A stretch of 64,000 nucleotides of DNA from an uncultured Lachnospiraceae bacterium (GCA_947629865.1 CANRFJ010000012.1:8520-72519), one strand, 5' to 3'. Counted from the first letter of the stretch, positions 10,839 to 21,722 are shown. Translations and numbers: made by a program. Notes: a model not told the origin generated them from the sequence alone.

Positions 10839-13283
10839 ATGGAATTGAGAGAGTTTTTGCAACAGGGATTTGTTCTGCTGGACGGCGCCACCGGCTCGAA
10901 TCTGCAACAGGCAGGTATGGAGAGCGGCGAGTGTCCGGAGCAGTGGATTGTCAGTCACCCGGATATTTTTACAGACCTCCAGCGACAATATATTGAGGCG
11001 GGTTCAGATGTGCTGTATACGCCGACCTTTACCTGCAACCGTGTAAAACTGGCGGAGTATGGGCTGGCCGGCCGGCAGCGGGAGCTGACGGCGCAGCTGG
11101 TGTCCCTGACAAGGGAGGCCGTCCGCCGCAGCGGGACGGATCGGCGGATTTACATTCTGGGGGATATTTCCATGACTGGACAGCAGCTGGAGCCGGTGGG
11201 GAGTATGCCCTTTGAGGAACTGGTGGATATTTACAAAGAGGAGGCGGCCTTTCTTGTGGAGGAGGGCGTGGACGGCTTTGTAATCGAGACGATGATGAGT
11301 CTTCAGGAGTGCCGGGCGGCGCTCCTGGCGGTGAAGGAGACCTGCGGGCTTCCGGTGCTGGTAACGCTGACCTACCAGGAGGACGGGCGGACGTTATATG
11401 GGACGGCTCCGGAGACGGCGGCCGTTGTGTTACAGGCCATGGGAGCCGACGCCGTCGGCATCAACTGTTCTACAGGGCCGGACAGAATGTTGCCGGCAGT
11501 GAAAAAGATGGCGGAGTATCTGTCCGTGCCAATCGTGGTAAAACCGAATGCGGGGCTTCCCTCCCTGGTGGACGGCGTGACGCACTACGACATGGGGCCG
11601 GAGGAATTTGCCTCGGCCATGCTTCCGCTGGTGGAGGCGGGGGCAGGCATATTGGGCGGGTGTTGCGGAACTACGGCGGCGCACATCCGCTGCCTGAGAG
11701 AGGCGATTGCCGGAAAGAGACCGCCGGAGCGGAGGGAGAAGAAGGTGAGGGCGCTCTCCACAGAGAGGAATCTGACGCCGATTCTCCTTGACGGAAATTT
11801 TATGATCGTGGGGGAGAGGATCAATCCTACCGGCAAGAAACAACTGCAGGAGCAACTGCGCAGAGGAAGCATGGACATGGTTCTTGACATGGCGGAGGAG
11901 CAGGTCGAAAGGGGCGCCCGAATACTCGATGTCAATATGGGAATGAATGGCATAGACGAAAAGGAAATGATGATCAGGGCGGTCAAGGAGCTGACAATGG
12001 CGGTGGACGTCCCCCTGTCCATCGATTCGAGTTATGTGGACGTGGCGGAGCAGGCCCTCCGCATCTATCCGGGACGGGCGCTGATCAACTCCATTTCGCT
12101 GGAAAAAGAGAAGATTGAAAAACTGATTCCCGTGGCGAAGAAATACGGAGCCATGTTTATCCTCCTTCCACTGTCCGGAGCGGGACTGCCAAAGGACATA
12201 GAGGAAAAGAAGCAGATTATCCATACCATACTGGCCGAGGCCGCGAAACAGGGGCTCTCCAGAGAGGATGTAGTGGTGGACGGGCTGGTGGGTACCATCG
12301 GCGCCAATAAGAGGGCGGCGCTGGAGGTGCTGGAGACGATCCGGTACTGCCGTGAGGAATTGGGAGTCGCCACGATATGCGGCCTGTCCAACATCTCCTT
12401 TGGACTGCCGGAGAGAGTATTTGTCAACACGGCTTTTCTGACGCTGGCCATCGGCCAGGGACTGACTATGGCCATCGCAAATCCCTCTCAGACGCTTCTT
12501 GCAAATACGGCGCTGGCCGCCGACCTCCTGCTTGACAGGGAGGAGGCCGACCTGCGGTATATAAACGGGGTGAGGGCGTTTGTTCCGGCCGCTCCGGCCG
12601 CGACGGAAAAAAAGAAGACGGAGGGCGGCGCGGGAGGTTCCGAACCGGAGGGACACCCTCTGTTTCTGGCGGTTGTGAAGGGAAAGGACAGCCATATACC
12701 GGAGCTTCTGGAGGAGGAACTAAAGGCGGGAAAGAAGCCGGCGGAGATTATTGACACCCACCTGATACCGGCCATTAACTATGTGGGAGAACTGTTTGAA
12801 CAGAAGAAATATTTCCTGCCCCAGCTGATTGCCAGCGCCGAGACCATGGAAAAGGCCATCGCCCGTCTGGAGCCTTTGCTGGAGGAGGAGCGGGGCGGCC
12901 GCAAACTGGACACTATCGTCATGGCTACGGTGAAGGGGGATATCCATGACATAGGGAAAAATCTCGTGGTGCTGATGTTGAAAAATTACGGCTATGAGGT
13001 AATTGATCTGGGCAAAGACGTGGAGGCCCAGACAATCCTTGACACGGCGAGAGAGGCCGGAGCCGCCGTCATCGGCCTGTCCGCGCTGATGACTACCACC
13101 ATGATGGAGATGAAGCGGGTGATCGACATGGCGAAGGAGCAGGGCGTGACGGCCAAGATCATCATAGGCGGCGCCGTCGTGACGGAGAGCTTTGCGCAGG
13201 AGATCGGCGCGGACGGCTACTCGGCGGACGCCAGGGAAGCCGTCAAACTGGTAAACCGTCTTCTGGGCAGGAAAGGAATCTGA
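10839..13283 (+). CDS. metH: B12-dependent methionine synthase lacking the C-terminal reactivation domain
   Basis: LLDGATG, GINCS, GGCCGT (Zn), IVGERINPTG (pterin-binding), ATVKGDIHDIGKNLV (B12-binding); 814 aa. Confidence 0.92.
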   Translation: MELREFLQQGFVLLDGATGSNLQQAGMESGECPEQWIVSHPDIFTDLQRQYIEAGSDVLYTPTFTCNRVKLAEYGLAGRQRELTAQLVSLTREAVRRSGTDRRIYILGDISMTGQQLEPVGSMPFEELVDIYKEEAAFLVEEGVDGFVIETMMSLQECRAALLAVKETCGLPVLVTLTYQEDGRTLYGTAPETAAVVLQAMGADAVGINCSTGPDRMLPAVKKMAEYLSVPIVVKPNAGLPSLVDGVTHYDMGPEEFASAMLPLVEAGAGILGGCCGTTAAHIRCLREAIAGKRPPERREKKVRALSTERNLTPILLDGNFMIVGERINPTGKKQLQEQLRRGSMDMVLDMAEEQVERGARILDVNMGMNGIDEKEMMIRAVKELTMAVDVPLSIDSSYVDVAEQALRIYPGRALINSISLEKEKIEKLIPVAKKYGAMFILLPLSGAGLPKDIEEKKQIIHTILAEAAKQGLSREDVVVDGLVGTIGANKRAALEVLETIRYCREELGVATICGLSNISFGLPERVFVNTAFLTLAIGQGLTMAIANPSQTLLANTALAADLLLDREEADLRYINGVRAFVPAAPAATEKKKTEGGAGGSEPEGHPLFLAVVKGKDSHIPELLEEELKAGKKPAEIIDTHLIPAINYVGELFEQKKYFLPQLIASAETMEKAIARLEPLLEEERGGRKLDTIVMATVKGDIHDIGKNLVVLMLKNYGYEVIDLGKDVEAQTILDTAREAGAAVIGLSALMTTTMMEMKRVIDMAKEQGVTAKIIIGGAVVTESFAQEIGADGYSADAREAVKLVNRLLGRKGI

Positions 13284-13285
13284 GC

Positions 13286-14203
13286 ATGGTAGATGTGATT
13301 ATTCCGGTATACAGGCCGGACGAAAAGTTAAAGGCGCTTATTGAAAAACTGAACAGCCAGACGGTACAACCGGCGCATGTGTTTTTCATGCACACCCTCA
13401 CCGGCGGGCCGGAGGACGAGCATGTGCGCGACATTCTCTCAGAGGCTGCGGGTGCGGTCATCACTCCGGTGAAAAAAGAGGAGTTCGACCACGGCGGTAC
13501 CAGAAACCGCGCCGCGGCCATGTCGGAGGCGGAATTTATGCTCTTTCTGACACAGGACGTAGTGCCCGTGGACGAGTACCTGATTGAGAGACTCTTAGAG
13601 GCCATGGAGGAGCCGCAGACGGCCATCGCCTACGGCAGACAGCTGCCGGGGGAGGAAGTGGGGATAATCGAGCAGTACACGAGGCAGTTTAACTATCCGG
13701 CGGAGAGCTCCGTGAAATCCGGCGAGGATCTGGAACGCCTGGGGATAAAGACATATTTCTGCTCCAATGCCTGCGCCATGTACCGGAAAGACGTATATGA
13801 AGATATGGGGGGCTTTGTGCTCCACACCATTTTTAACGAGGACATGATTATGGCGGCCCGCGTCATCGGGGCGGGCTGGCGCATTGCCTATGCGGCGGAG
13901 GCAATGGTCGTACACGCTCACAAATATACATGCCGGCAGCAGTTTACAAGAAATTTCGACCTGGCGGTCTCCCAGAGGCAGTACAGGGAAATATTTGACG
14001 GGGTGAGATCCGAGTCAGAGGGGATCCGTCTGGTGAAGGATACGGCGAAATATCTGCTGGGACACGGAAAGTGGTATCTGCTTCCGGAACTGGTGTGCCA
14101 GAGCGGTTTCAAATTCCTGGGCTACCGGCTCGGGAAAAAATATGAGAGACTTCCCCGCTGGCTTGTCAGAAAATGTTCCATGAACAAGGCCTACTGGAAG
14201 TAA
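13286..14203 (+). CDS. GT2 glycosyltransferase (rhamnosyltransferase-like)
   Basis: VIIPVY, FDHGGTRN, FLTQD, AYGRQLP, FNEDM. Confidence 0.85.
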   Translation: MVDVIIPVYRPDEKLKALIEKLNSQTVQPAHVFFMHTLTGGPEDEHVRDILSEAAGAVITPVKKEEFDHGGTRNRAAAMSEAEFMLFLTQDVVPVDEYLIERLLEAMEEPQTAIAYGRQLPGEEVGIIEQYTRQFNYPAESSVKSGEDLERLGIKTYFCSNACAMYRKDVYEDMGGFVLHTIFNEDMIMAARVIGAGWRIAYAAEAMVVHAHKYTCRQQFTRNFDLAVSQRQYREIFDGVRSESEGIRLVKDTAKYLLGHGKWYLLPELVCQSGFKFLGYRLGKKYERLPRWLVRKCSMNKAYWK

Positions 14204-14221
14204 AGGAGGAGCCGGAGAGAG

Positions 14222-15154
14222 ATGAATGGCGAGACGGGAAAAAACGTGCACATTGTGATGACGGCCTATAACGGGGAGGCCTATATCGGGGAGCAGATCC
14301 AATCGCTGCTCGCACAGACCTACACAGATTTTACACTGGAGATCTGTGACGATGCCTCTACCGACGGGACGTCTGCCGTTTTGGAGAGTTATGCACAGAG
14401 AGACAGCCGCATTTCCGTACACAGAAACGCGGGGAATCTTGGCTATGTAAAAAATTTTATGGAGGGGATCCGGAGAAGCAGAGCTCCGTATATTATGCTC
14501 TGCGACCAGGACGATATATGGAATCCGGACAAGATAGAACTCACGCTAAGGGCGATGCGCCAGGCAGAGAGCGAGACGCCGGAAATCCCCATTCTCGTCT
14601 TTACAGACGCCATGAATTATGACAGCCGTTCCGGCAAAGAAACCGGACGTTTTCACAAAAACAGCCATCTGGACGTAAAAAAGGTTGACACAGCCCACCT
14701 TTTCATGGAAAATAAATGTATTGGCTGTACTGTTATGATCAACCGGGCAGTCCTACCCTATCTGGAAGATTTGCCGGAGCCGATACGGGTGCACGACTGG
14801 TGGTTGGCGCTGATATGCAGCCATTTCGGGCGGATTGTATATCTGGACATGCCGACGCTCAGGTACCGCCAGCACGGCGGGAATATGATAGGGGGAGGTT
14901 CTTTTTTACAGTATATAAGGGGACGCCTTGCGGGGATCAGAAAGCAGCGGGAGGCGCTGCGTCTGACTTTTTTGCAGGGAGAGGCCTTTTATGAGCGGTA
15001 CGGCGGGGAGATGGACGGGGAGCAGCGGGCCGTCGCGGCTGCCTTTGCCGCCATGGGACGGGAGGGCTGGTTTGCGAGGCGGAGGAATATGCTCCGCTAT
15101 GGATTTACCAAGAGCGGCCTGCTCAGGAATATAGGGTTGTTTTTCCTGATTTAG
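14222..15154 (+). CDS. GT2 glycosyltransferase (RgpB-like rhamnosyltransferase)
   Basis: MTAYNGEAYI, CDDAS, LCDQDDIW, HDWWLAL, YRQHGGN. Confidence 0.85.
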   Translation: MNGETGKNVHIVMTAYNGEAYIGEQIQSLLAQTYTDFTLEICDDASTDGTSAVLESYAQRDSRISVHRNAGNLGYVKNFMEGIRRSRAPYIMLCDQDDIWNPDKIELTLRAMRQAESETPEIPILVFTDAMNYDSRSGKETGRFHKNSHLDVKKVDTAHLFMENKCIGCTVMINRAVLPYLEDLPEPIRVHDWWLALICSHFGRIVYLDMPTLRYRQHGGNMIGGGSFLQYIRGRLAGIRKQREALRLTFLQGEAFYERYGGEMDGEQRAVAAAFAAMGREGWFARRRNMLRYGFTKSGLLRNIGLFFLI

Positions 15155-15183
15155 CCGGAATAGAAAGAGAAAAGAGGGAACTT

Positions 15184-16215
15184 ATGGGAAGTACAAAGAA
15201 AAAAGGAAAGGGAAGAATTGTTGCCAGAATATTTTTTGTGATTGGCCTCATTGCGTCGGTGTCGCTGGGAAGTGCGGCGGCGGCCTTCGTCCACAGGGGC
15301 GACAGTATGCTGGGAATGATCAATTATGACCAGACGGACTCGCTCTCCAGTGTGGATCTGTCCAAATATGAACTGGACAGCGACGTGGACGTGGTAAACG
15401 TCCTGCTGGTGGGGGCGGACAAAAATCTTGATGAACAGGATAAGGACGTTGACCGGCGTTCCGATTCCATGATGATCGCGACGCTGGATATAAAGCACAA
15501 CAAATTGAAAGTCACGTCCCTGATGAGGGATTTATATGTGGAAATTCCGGGCTACGGGCACAACAAGCTCAACGCCGCCTTTACGCTGGGAGGAATCAAG
15601 CTTCTCTATAAGACAATCGCCCAGAATTTTGGTATCAGTCTGGACGGCTATGCCGAGGTGAATTTTGACGCATTTGTCAATGTGATTGACGAACTGGGGG
15701 GCATCGAGGTGAACCTGACGGAGTCCGAGGCGTCCAATCTCCGCACCACCAATTATATCAAGCGGCGGAAGTACCGCAATGTAAAGGTGGGAAAGCAGAT
15801 TTTTAACGGATATCAGGCTCTTGGCTACTGCCGGATCCGCCACGGCAAGAGGAGACCGGACGGAAGCCTGCCCGGTGTGTTCACAGCCAGCGGCAAGGGG
15901 GACGATTATGGGCGAGTCGAGCGCCAGCGACTTACAATCCAGGCTATCCTGAACAAGGTAAAGACGCTGTCGCCAAGCGAGTTATTGGATCTGGCCAAGG
16001 TGGTTCTGCCCAACATTACGACCGATATATCCAAGGATAAAATTTATACCTATATGATGAGCGTGGTAAAGATGGGAGCCACGGAGATCCATCAGTTCAG
16101 TATTCCGGCGGAGGGAACCTTCCGGGGAGAGAATATAAGCGGCGTCGGACTGTGCCTCGTGCCGGATCTGGCCGCCAATAAGACGGCCCTGAAGAAATTT
16201 ATCTTTAAGAGCTGA
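15184..16215 (+). CDS. LCP (LytR-CpsA-Psr) wall-polymer ligase
   Basis: N-terminal TM; NVLLVG, RSDSMM, SLMRDLYV, KLNAAF, ALGYCRIR, DYGRVERQR. Confidence 0.92.
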   Translation: MGSTKKKGKGRIVARIFFVIGLIASVSLGSAAAAFVHRGDSMLGMINYDQTDSLSSVDLSKYELDSDVDVVNVLLVGADKNLDEQDKDVDRRSDSMMIATLDIKHNKLKVTSLMRDLYVEIPGYGHNKLNAAFTLGGIKLLYKTIAQNFGISLDGYAEVNFDAFVNVIDELGGIEVNLTESEASNLRTTNYIKRRKYRNVKVGKQIFNGYQALGYCRIRHGKRRPDGSLPGVFTASGKGDDYGRVERQRLTIQAILNKVKTLSPSELLDLAKVVLPNITTDISKDKIYTYMMSVVKMGATEIHQFSIPAEGTFRGENISGVGLCLVPDLAANKTALKKFIFKS

Positions 16216-16238
16216 CAGCCTGCCGCGCAAACAGCGGG

Positions 16239-16267
16239 TTGACAAAGTTTTTTGATGTTGATAAAAT
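16239..16267 (+). promoter_or_regulatory. Sigma-A promoter of ilvN-ilvC
   Basis: TTGACA-17 bp-TAAAAT with extended TG. Confidence 0.75.
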
Positions 16268-16320
16268 GTCAATAGCGTTTTCGGGCGCTGTCAGACTGCA
16301 TAGTAAAGGGGGCAGGACTC

Positions 16321-16827
16321 ATGAGCAAGGTAGTTCTATCCATATTAGTAAATAATACGTCCGGTGTACTGAGCCGCGTGGCGGGGTTATTCAGCCGACG
16401 GGGCTACAATATTGACAGTCTCACCGTAGGCGAGACAGAGAATCCGGCATTTTCCCGAATGACCGTGTCGGTGACAGGGGACGACATTATTCTTGAGCAG
16501 ATCGAAAAGCAGGTCAATAAACTGGAAGATGTGAAATCAGTCCGCCAGCTGACCGGCGAGGCATCTGTGTGCCGCGAACTGATTCTGGTCAAGGTGGAGG
16601 CCGATCGCGAGGCGCGTCCGGCCATTAACGCGATAGTTGATATTTTCCGGGCCAAGATCGTAGATGTGGCGGACACTTCAATGATGATTGAACTGACTGG
16701 AAACCAGGCCAAGCTGGACGCGTTCATCAAACTGATCGAGGGATATGAGATCAAGGAACTGGTTCGCACCGGTATATCGGGACTGGCCAGGGGCTTCCGG
16801 GACGAGGAACTGGAAGGAAAACAGTGA
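16321..16827 (+). CDS. ilvN: Acetolactate synthase small subunit
   Basis: LVNNTSGVLSRVAGLFSRRGYNIDSLTVG; RELILVKV. Confidence 0.96.
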   Translation: MSKVVLSILVNNTSGVLSRVAGLFSRRGYNIDSLTVGETENPAFSRMTVSVTGDDIILEQIEKQVNKLEDVKSVRQLTGEASVCRELILVKVEADREARPAINAIVDIFRAKIVDVADTSMMIELTGNQAKLDAFIKLIEGYEIKELVRTGISGLARGFRDEELEGKQ

Positions 16828-16885
16828 AAACCACCCACGGGTTATATCCCGGAGAGGCTTTAATACAAATTATCAATTTTTATAG

Positions 16886-17920
<1,035 letters not shown>

Positions 17921-17935
17921 GACATAGAGGTTTTG

Positions 17936-17980
17936 AACTGTCGTACGGGAGACCGACTTCTGTACGGCAGTTTATTTTTA
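17936..17980 (+). terminator. Intrinsic terminator after ilvC
   Basis: AACTGTCGTACGGGAG-accga-CTTCTGTACGGCAGTT (G-U pairs) followed by a T-rich tract. Confidence 0.8.
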
Positions 17981-18078
17981 CTTTACGGGAAATTCCGCCC
18001 CCTTGCGGAGCGGAAAATGCTCTGATTTTCTTGTGCGGTGCAATTCTCAGCCGCTACTTTTATACAATGGGAGAAATA

Positions 18079-18233
18079 GTGTAAAAAATAGCTTGATAGC
18101 TATTTTTCACAGGCGAATGTATTCGTCTGGCAATTTGTTTCTGAGCGAAAACAAATTGCTGTGATGGCAGATGAGAAACTGCGTACGCAGCTTTCTCATC
18201 GCCTCCTCGCGACAAAGTCGCTCAGAAATGAGG
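18079..18233. repeat. Cluster of five consecutive hairpins (REP/MITE-like or structured leader)
   Basis: IR arms at 18084-92/18099-107, 18111-18/18121-28, 18130-40/18149-59, 18170-78/18192-200 (around the palindrome CTGCGTACGCAG), 18209-13/18217-21. Confidence 0.6.
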
Positions 18234-18239
18234 ATTAAA

Positions 18240-19046
18240 ATGATACGACTAATTGTTTCCGATGTAGACGGCACGCTGGTGGGAGACGGGCAGGGAGAGG
18301 GCTCGCTGAATCCGGAATACTATTCCGTTATCCGCCGCCTGTCCGGGCAGGGCGTGAGGTTTATGGTATGCAGCGGCCGCCAGCGCCTCAGCATCGCAAA
18401 ATTGTTTCGGCCCGTAGAGAATGAGATATGTTATGCCTGCGACGGGGGGAGCCTGGTCTTTGACAGGGAAAAACTGTTATATGCAAAGGTTCTGCCGAGA
18501 GAGACGGCCTGCGCCATCATACGGGACGCCAGGGAGATACCGCCCTGCGACGTGATGGTGTGCGGTACGGAGAGGGCATACTGCCGGAGCGCGGACAGCG
18601 AGCTGTACCGCTGGATGGTGAACGGGTACGGATACGACATTCAGGCTGTGGGCGATCTGGAAAAAAATATCAAGGACGATATCGTCAAGGTGTCCCTGTA
18701 CCACCACGACCGGGCAGAGGAACTGACGAATCCATGGTTCCGGCCGAAGTGGGAGGACAGGATAAAACTGACACTGGCGGGAATCCAGTGGCTGGACTGT
18801 GTGCCGAAGGACGCGGGCAAGGGATCGGCGCTGGCATTTGTGCAGGAGCATTTCCACATAGCCCCCTCCGAGACAATGGTATTTGGCGACAACCAGAACG
18901 ATATGGAGATGTTTGCCCTGGCGGGTGAGAGTTACGCGGTGGAAAATGCCAGGGAGGAAGTTAAGCGGGCGGCCAGTCATATATGCCCCGGTTATTCGGA
19001 GGACGGTGTGTTACAAATTCTGCAAAAAGTGTTGAAAAATAATTAA
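18240..19046 (+). CDS. Cof-type HAD-IIB hydrolase
   Basis: IVSDVDGTL, CSGR, KGSAL, FGDNQNDMEM. Confidence 0.92.
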   Translation: MIRLIVSDVDGTLVGDGQGEGSLNPEYYSVIRRLSGQGVRFMVCSGRQRLSIAKLFRPVENEICYACDGGSLVFDREKLLYAKVLPRETACAIIRDAREIPPCDVMVCGTERAYCRSADSELYRWMVNGYGYDIQAVGDLEKNIKDDIVKVSLYHHDRAEELTNPWFRPKWEDRIKLTLAGIQWLDCVPKDAGKGSALAFVQEHFHIAPSETMVFGDNQNDMEMFALAGESYAVENAREEVKRAASHICPGYSEDGVLQILQKVLKNN

Positions 19047-19218
19047 TCTTGTGCTACCATGGCATAAATAATAGAAATATAAAATAAAATGTATAAAATC
19101 CCGCTTTGTTTCATTAATAAATTATAATATCTTTCGTTCTAACCATAGGAGTGGACTCATATAATTTACTGTTGTGAAAAAAGTCTGTCTGCGGGCAGGC
19201 GAATAAACGAAGGGGGTC

Positions 19219-19935
19219 ATGAAAGAAATGGCAGATAAGATTTTAGGAAACAATCAGGTTAATATTTATGGCGAGGTAGTGAGTGAATTTACTTTCAGCC
19301 ATGAGGTGTATGGGGAAGGGTTTTATTTGTTAAAACTGTCTGTGAAGCGTCTGAGCAAAGTGTATGATACGATTCCGCTTATGATATCGGAGCGGCTGGC
19401 AGACGTGACAAAGGATCTGCGCGGCTGTTTTATGGAGGCCAGCGGACAGTTCCGCTCTTATAACCGGCACGAGGAAAACCACAATCGGCTGGTATTATCT
19501 GTGTTTGTTCGGGATTTACATATTGACGAGACGGAACAGGAAAACGAAAAACCGAATTATATCTTTCTGGACGGTTATCTCTGCAAGCCGCCGGTGTACC
19601 GCAAGACGCCGCTTGGACGTGAGATTGCCGACCTTCTTATGGCAGTAAACCGCCCCTATGGGAAATCCGATTATATCCCCTGTATCTGCTGGGGAAGAAA
19701 TGCGCGCTATGCGGACGGCTTTGCAGTGGGAGAGCATGTGCAGCTGTGGGGCCGGATCCAGAGCAGGGAGTATCAGAAGCAGATTGCCGAGGACGAGTAT
19801 GAGACCAGGGTAGCCTATGAAATCTCTGTGAGTAAGCTGGAGTGCGTGGAGGAGAGCGGCGAGATAACGGCGGCCTCCGAGATATCCGAGGAGCCGGAGG
19901 AAACGCTGCCTAGCGAACCGCAGGAGACAATCTGA
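19219..19935 (+). CDS. Clostridial SSB-like protein with two tandem OB folds
   Basis: Fold 1: NNQVNIYGEV...GQFRSYN. Fold 2: NYIFLDGYLCKPP..RKTPLGREI..LAVNR...DYIPCICWG...GRIQSREY. Confidence 0.85.
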   Translation: MKEMADKILGNNQVNIYGEVVSEFTFSHEVYGEGFYLLKLSVKRLSKVYDTIPLMISERLADVTKDLRGCFMEASGQFRSYNRHEENHNRLVLSVFVRDLHIDETEQENEKPNYIFLDGYLCKPPVYRKTPLGREIADLLMAVNRPYGKSDYIPCICWGRNARYADGFAVGEHVQLWGRIQSREYQKQIAEDEYETRVAYEISVSKLECVEESGEITAASEISEEPEETLPSEPQETI

Positions 19936-20066
19936 CGATCCGGAGGACGATCCGGCGAATCACAACAATTCGGCAACAATCCGGCAAATCGCGAAATCGT
20001 TTGAAATATTTTAAAAATGTGTTATAATTGTGTCCATACGGAAGTCACAGGAAAGGAAATACGGAC

Positions 20067-20561
20067 ATGGATACAAGAGTAATACAGGCGTTTTACGGTC
20101 AGGGAAAGGGAAAGACTTCAGCGGCTGTAGGCCAGGCCCTGCGCGAGGCGGGGGAGGGCCAGCACATCACTGTTATTCAGTTTTTGAAGGGAAAGGTAGC
20201 CGATGAGTTCCAGGTGCTCACCAGACTGGAACCGGACATACAGATTTTCCGGTTTGACCAGTCGGAGGTGAATTACTGCGATCTGTCCTTTCAGGAAAAG
20301 GAGGAGGAGAAGCAGAATATCCGCAACGGATTCCAGTTTGCCAAAAAGGTGATTGAAACCGGCGAGAGCGACGTTATCATACTGGACGAACTGCTGGGCC
20401 TGGCGGATCTGGGAATCGTTCAGATTGAGGATCTGAAGGAACTGCTCCGTCTGGAGGGAGATTACAAAAAACTCATTATCACGGGGAGCGAATTGTCAGA
20501 GGAATTGATTCCGTATATTGATGTGATTTGCGAGATTATTTTGCGCAAAGATAATACTTGA
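20067..20561 (+). CDS. Cob(I)yrinic acid a,c-diamide adenosyltransferase family (CobO/BtuR-like)
   Basis: YGQGKGKTSAAVG, VIQFLKG, ILDEL, IITG. Confidence 0.8.
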   Translation: MDTRVIQAFYGQGKGKTSAAVGQALREAGEGQHITVIQFLKGKVADEFQVLTRLEPDIQIFRFDQSEVNYCDLSFQEKEEEKQNIRNGFQFAKKVIETGESDVIILDELLGLADLGIVQIEDLKELLRLEGDYKKLIITGSELSEELIPYIDVICEIILRKDNT

Positions 20562-20586
20562 CCTTTTGACACAGTAATGTTATTCT
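20558..20586 (+). promoter_or_regulatory. Sigma-A promoter of the lysine riboswitch leader
   Basis: TTGACC-17 bp-TATTCT. Confidence 0.7.
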
Positions 20587-20594
20587 AAAAAAGA

Positions 20595-20756
20595 AGGCAG
20601 AGGTGCGGACGTTATCAGTAGGAAGCCGGACATGTCAGGCATGGTTGAAAGCTTTTGAAAGGGACGTCTGCCGAAGGAGAGGAGCGCCTGTCCGCTTCTT
20701 TTCTGGGCATATGGCGAATAACCATATGACTGTCATCGGAGGATGGAGTGCTGCTC
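20595..20756 (+). promoter_or_regulatory. Lysine riboswitch (L-box) aptamer
   Basis: AGAGGTGC..AGTA..GAAAGG..GCCGAA..CTGGG..AATA..ACTGTC..GGAGTGCT in the conserved order; GCAG/CTGC P1; upstream of dapA. Confidence 0.92.
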
Positions 20757-20774
20757 ACAGAATCAAGAGGATAG

Positions 20775-20806
20775 AAGGAGCCGGCGCCTGTGCCGGTTCC
20801 TTTTTG
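20775..20806 (+). terminator. Expression-platform terminator of the lysine riboswitch
   Basis: AAGGAGCCGGC-gcctgt-GCCGGTTCCTT plus T tract. Confidence 0.88.
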
Positions 20807-20831
20807 AATTTATAAGAAAGGATGGATAGTG

Positions 20832-21722
20832 ATGTCGATATTTACGGGAGCAGGTGTGGCTCTGATCACACCAATGAAGGAAGATGGCAGCGTAAATTAT
20901 GACAAACTGGAGGAGATTCTGGAATTCCAGATTGCCGGAGGAAGCGATGCCATTATTATCTGCGGGACTACCGGAGAGGCCTCGACGCTGTCGCATGAGG
21001 AGCATATTTCCTGCATACGATATGCCTGTGAGGTGACGAAGAAGCGGATTCCGGTCATCGCCGGTACCGGCTCGAACTGCACGGAGACCAGCATATATCT
21101 CTCAGGAGAGGCGCAGAAGGGAGGGGCGGACGGCCTTCTTTTGGTGACGCCATATTACAACAAGGCGACTCAGAACGGGCTGAAAGCGCATTTTACAAAA
21201 ATTGCGGAGAGCGTAAAGGTGCCGATTCTCCTGTACAATATACCGGGGCGCACCGGCGTGTCCATGTCGCCCGCCACCGTGGTGGATTTGTGCCGGAACG
21301 TGCCCAATATAGTCGGCGTAAAGGACGCGACGGGAGATATATCCGAGGTGGCTGATGTGATGAGTTTATCGGACGGAGCGGTGGATCTGTACTCCGGCAA
21401 CGACGACCAGATTACGCCGGTTCTCTCTCTGGGAGGAAAGGGAGTCATCTCTGTACTGTCCAATATTTTGCCGGCGCAGACTCATGAGATAACAGCGTCC
21501 TATATGCGGGGCGATGCGGACACCAGCCGGAAGCTGCAGCTACAATATCTGCCGCTGATACGGGCGCTGTTCTGCGAGGTGAACCCGATTCCCGTAAAGA
21601 AGGCGATGAATCTGATGGGAATGGAAGTGGGCGGCCTGCGTATGCCGCTGTCGGAGATGGAACCGGCAAATGCCTCACGTCTGGCAGAGGAGATGCGTAA
21701 AGTGGGAATAGAACTAAAGTGA
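20832..21722 (+). CDS. dapA: 4-hydroxy-tetrahydrodipicolinate synthase
   Basis: GTTGE, LLVTPYYNK, LYNIPGRT, GVKDATG, EVNPIPVK. Confidence 0.97.
   Translation: MSIFTGAGVALITPMKEDGSVNYDKLEEILEFQIAGGSDAIIICGTTGEASTLSHEEHISCIRYACEVTKKRIPVIAGTGSNCTETSIYLSGEAQKGGADGLLLVTPYYNKATQNGLKAHFTKIAESVKVPILLYNIPGRTGVSMSPATVVDLCRNVPNIVGVKDATGDISEVADVMSLSDGAVDLYSGNDDQITPVLSLGGKGVISVLSNILPAQTHEITASYMRGDADTSRKLQLQYLPLIRALFCEVNPIPVKKAMNLMGMEVGGLRMPLSEMEPANASRLAEEMRKVGIELK

Noticed and set aside
16268-16320. T-box or attenuator before ilvN-ilvC
   Set aside because: Only about 50 nt separate promoter and start; no T-box motif or leader peptide.
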